From Camelus ferus (Eukaryota): a DNA stretch of 64,000 nucleotides. Below the pieces are notes generated by a model. The model did not search any database, was not told the DNA's origin, and saw only the letters and a program-made list of their open reading frames with translations. The position numbers were made by a program, and so were the translations under genes. Within the stretch, counting starts at the first letter, position 1, and the number at the start of each line of letters is the position of its first letter. The DNA lies in contig NC_045697.1 in assembly GCF_009834535.1 (NCBI RefSeq), positions 19,098,001-19,162,000 of the forward strand, in the 5' to 3' direction. Of the stretch, positions 62,881 to 64,000 are shown piece by piece.

Positions 62881-63529
62881 CATTTATTTCTTAACCTCTT
62901 ATTTTCTTAGCTTTCTGAATTGTATTCCCTGCATGTACCAATTGACTAGACAACAAAATACAGAATATCACATAAATAGTTATGTGTCTAGTAAAGGCTT
63001 AATGGAATCACATTTGACACGTTCCGCAACTCTGTGTTGTTTGGTCTCACTCAGCCAAATAGAAGAGAAGTGTACCTTTGTTTTACCTAGACTCTTAGTC
63101 CTGAAATGTCAGTCATATTCTTCTGCTTTCTCTCACCATCTTCAGTTGTCACTTCAGCCTAACCTTTTCTTTCTATCCTCACTTCCGTCATTGTAGTTTA
63201 TGTTGTTACTTCCTGCCTGGACTATTGGAATAGGCATTTGTTGGTAATAGGCATGTAAACTGAGACTATAGTTTCTGCTCTAGATTAAAATAAAACTATG
63301 TGGAAAAGCTTATTTTGAACTTGAAAGCACTACATAAAATATAAGTTGTGATTTCTGTTACAGTTGCTATCAAGTCACATTCCCTTAAACATGAACAGTG
63401 GCTTCTTTTAGACTCTTGTTTGTTGGTTCATTGTCATTCACTGACTGAGAGCTCCAAGCCATCTTTCCAGGTTCACATCCTGCTGCTCCTCCACCCATGA
63501 ATTGCTTGTGTTTTCTTCCTCCCTCTGGG

Positions 63530-63712
63530 GAGTACTGTTGGCCAGCCAGGACAGTTGTGTGTTATGTGGGACTGGCCTGTGCCTTGTGCTTACTTAACAT
63601 CCTTGGCCTCCCCACCCCTCCATTGAATGCTGGCGGCAGATGGGAGGAGAGGTGAGCTGGGGGTAGGTGAGCAGGGAGGAGCACTAAGTAGCACTCTCAA
63701 CTGAGAACCAGT
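63530..63712 (+). mobile_element. MER20/MER3-like hAT-Charlie fragment
   Basis: TGTGGGACTGGCCTGTGCCTTGTG...CATCCTTGGCCTCCCACCC...CTGAGAACCA. Confidence 0.5.
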
Positions 63713-64000
63713 CTGCTAGTCAAACTGCTCTTTGTGGGTCCTAGAGCTCATCATATTTCCTCTTTGGGTTTGTTCTTTTTTCTCTTTTTCTAACCCCACT
63801 TATTAAAATCTAATTTCTCTTTCCTGATACCACCAAAAATGTAATTGCTTGCATGTAAAAGTCAGTCAGGCAGTTATTGATTAGTGATGCAGGAAAATGA
63901 GTGCTATGAGAAGATGGCCGTGTTCCAGGTCCCAGGCGAGTCCCTGGGACGCGCCCTGCCAAGTGAGGGTCCTTGGCTTCATTCACGCAGGAAAGAATTC

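Larger units (their letters stand above)
15377..64000 (+). other. STIM2: STIM2 intron 1 (extends beyond the window end)
   Basis: GT donor at 15377. No sequence encoding exon 2 (DPCMSLSPPCFTEEDRF...) was found downstream, and the region is repeat-rich. Confidence 0.85.

Noticed and set aside
62920..62960. TTCCCTGCATGT as a possible start of STIM2 exon 2
   Set aside because: No preceding AG acceptor, and the following sequence does not encode SLSPPCFTEEDRF.
1..64000. CRISPR arrays, rRNA, operon-like or defence systems
   Set aside because: The sequence is clearly mammalian. No regularly spaced repeat-spacer array or prokaryotic-style gene cluster was seen.

Overview
Mammalian genomic DNA, most likely from a camelid: two tRNA-derived SINEs with the vic-1 structure lie at ~8054-8200 and ~32800-32980. 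The only host protein-coding sequence I can support is exon 1 of STIM2, the ER Ca2+ sensor, on the + strand (ATG 14968, phase-1 donor after 15376). It sits in a CpG island and encodes the unusually long ~100-aa signal peptide. From 15377 to the end of the window is STIM2 intron 1 (exon 2 not found), filled with L1, L2, MIR, MLT1/MLT2 LTRs, hAT fossils and a ~6.4 kb decayed ERV-L provirus with nested insertions. A second CpG island lies ~3 kb upstream (~11450-12250) and looks like a separate, possibly divergent or bidirectional promoter. The most interesting signal is the STIM2 5' leader: an AUG uORF reads a GGC repeat as polyglycine, followed by a T15 tract and stops in all three frames just before a weak-Kozak main AUG, with a downstream CUG where human has its reported non-AUG start. 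I see no clearly novel multi-gene system. Repeat subfamily names and boundaries come from visual recognition and are approximate.
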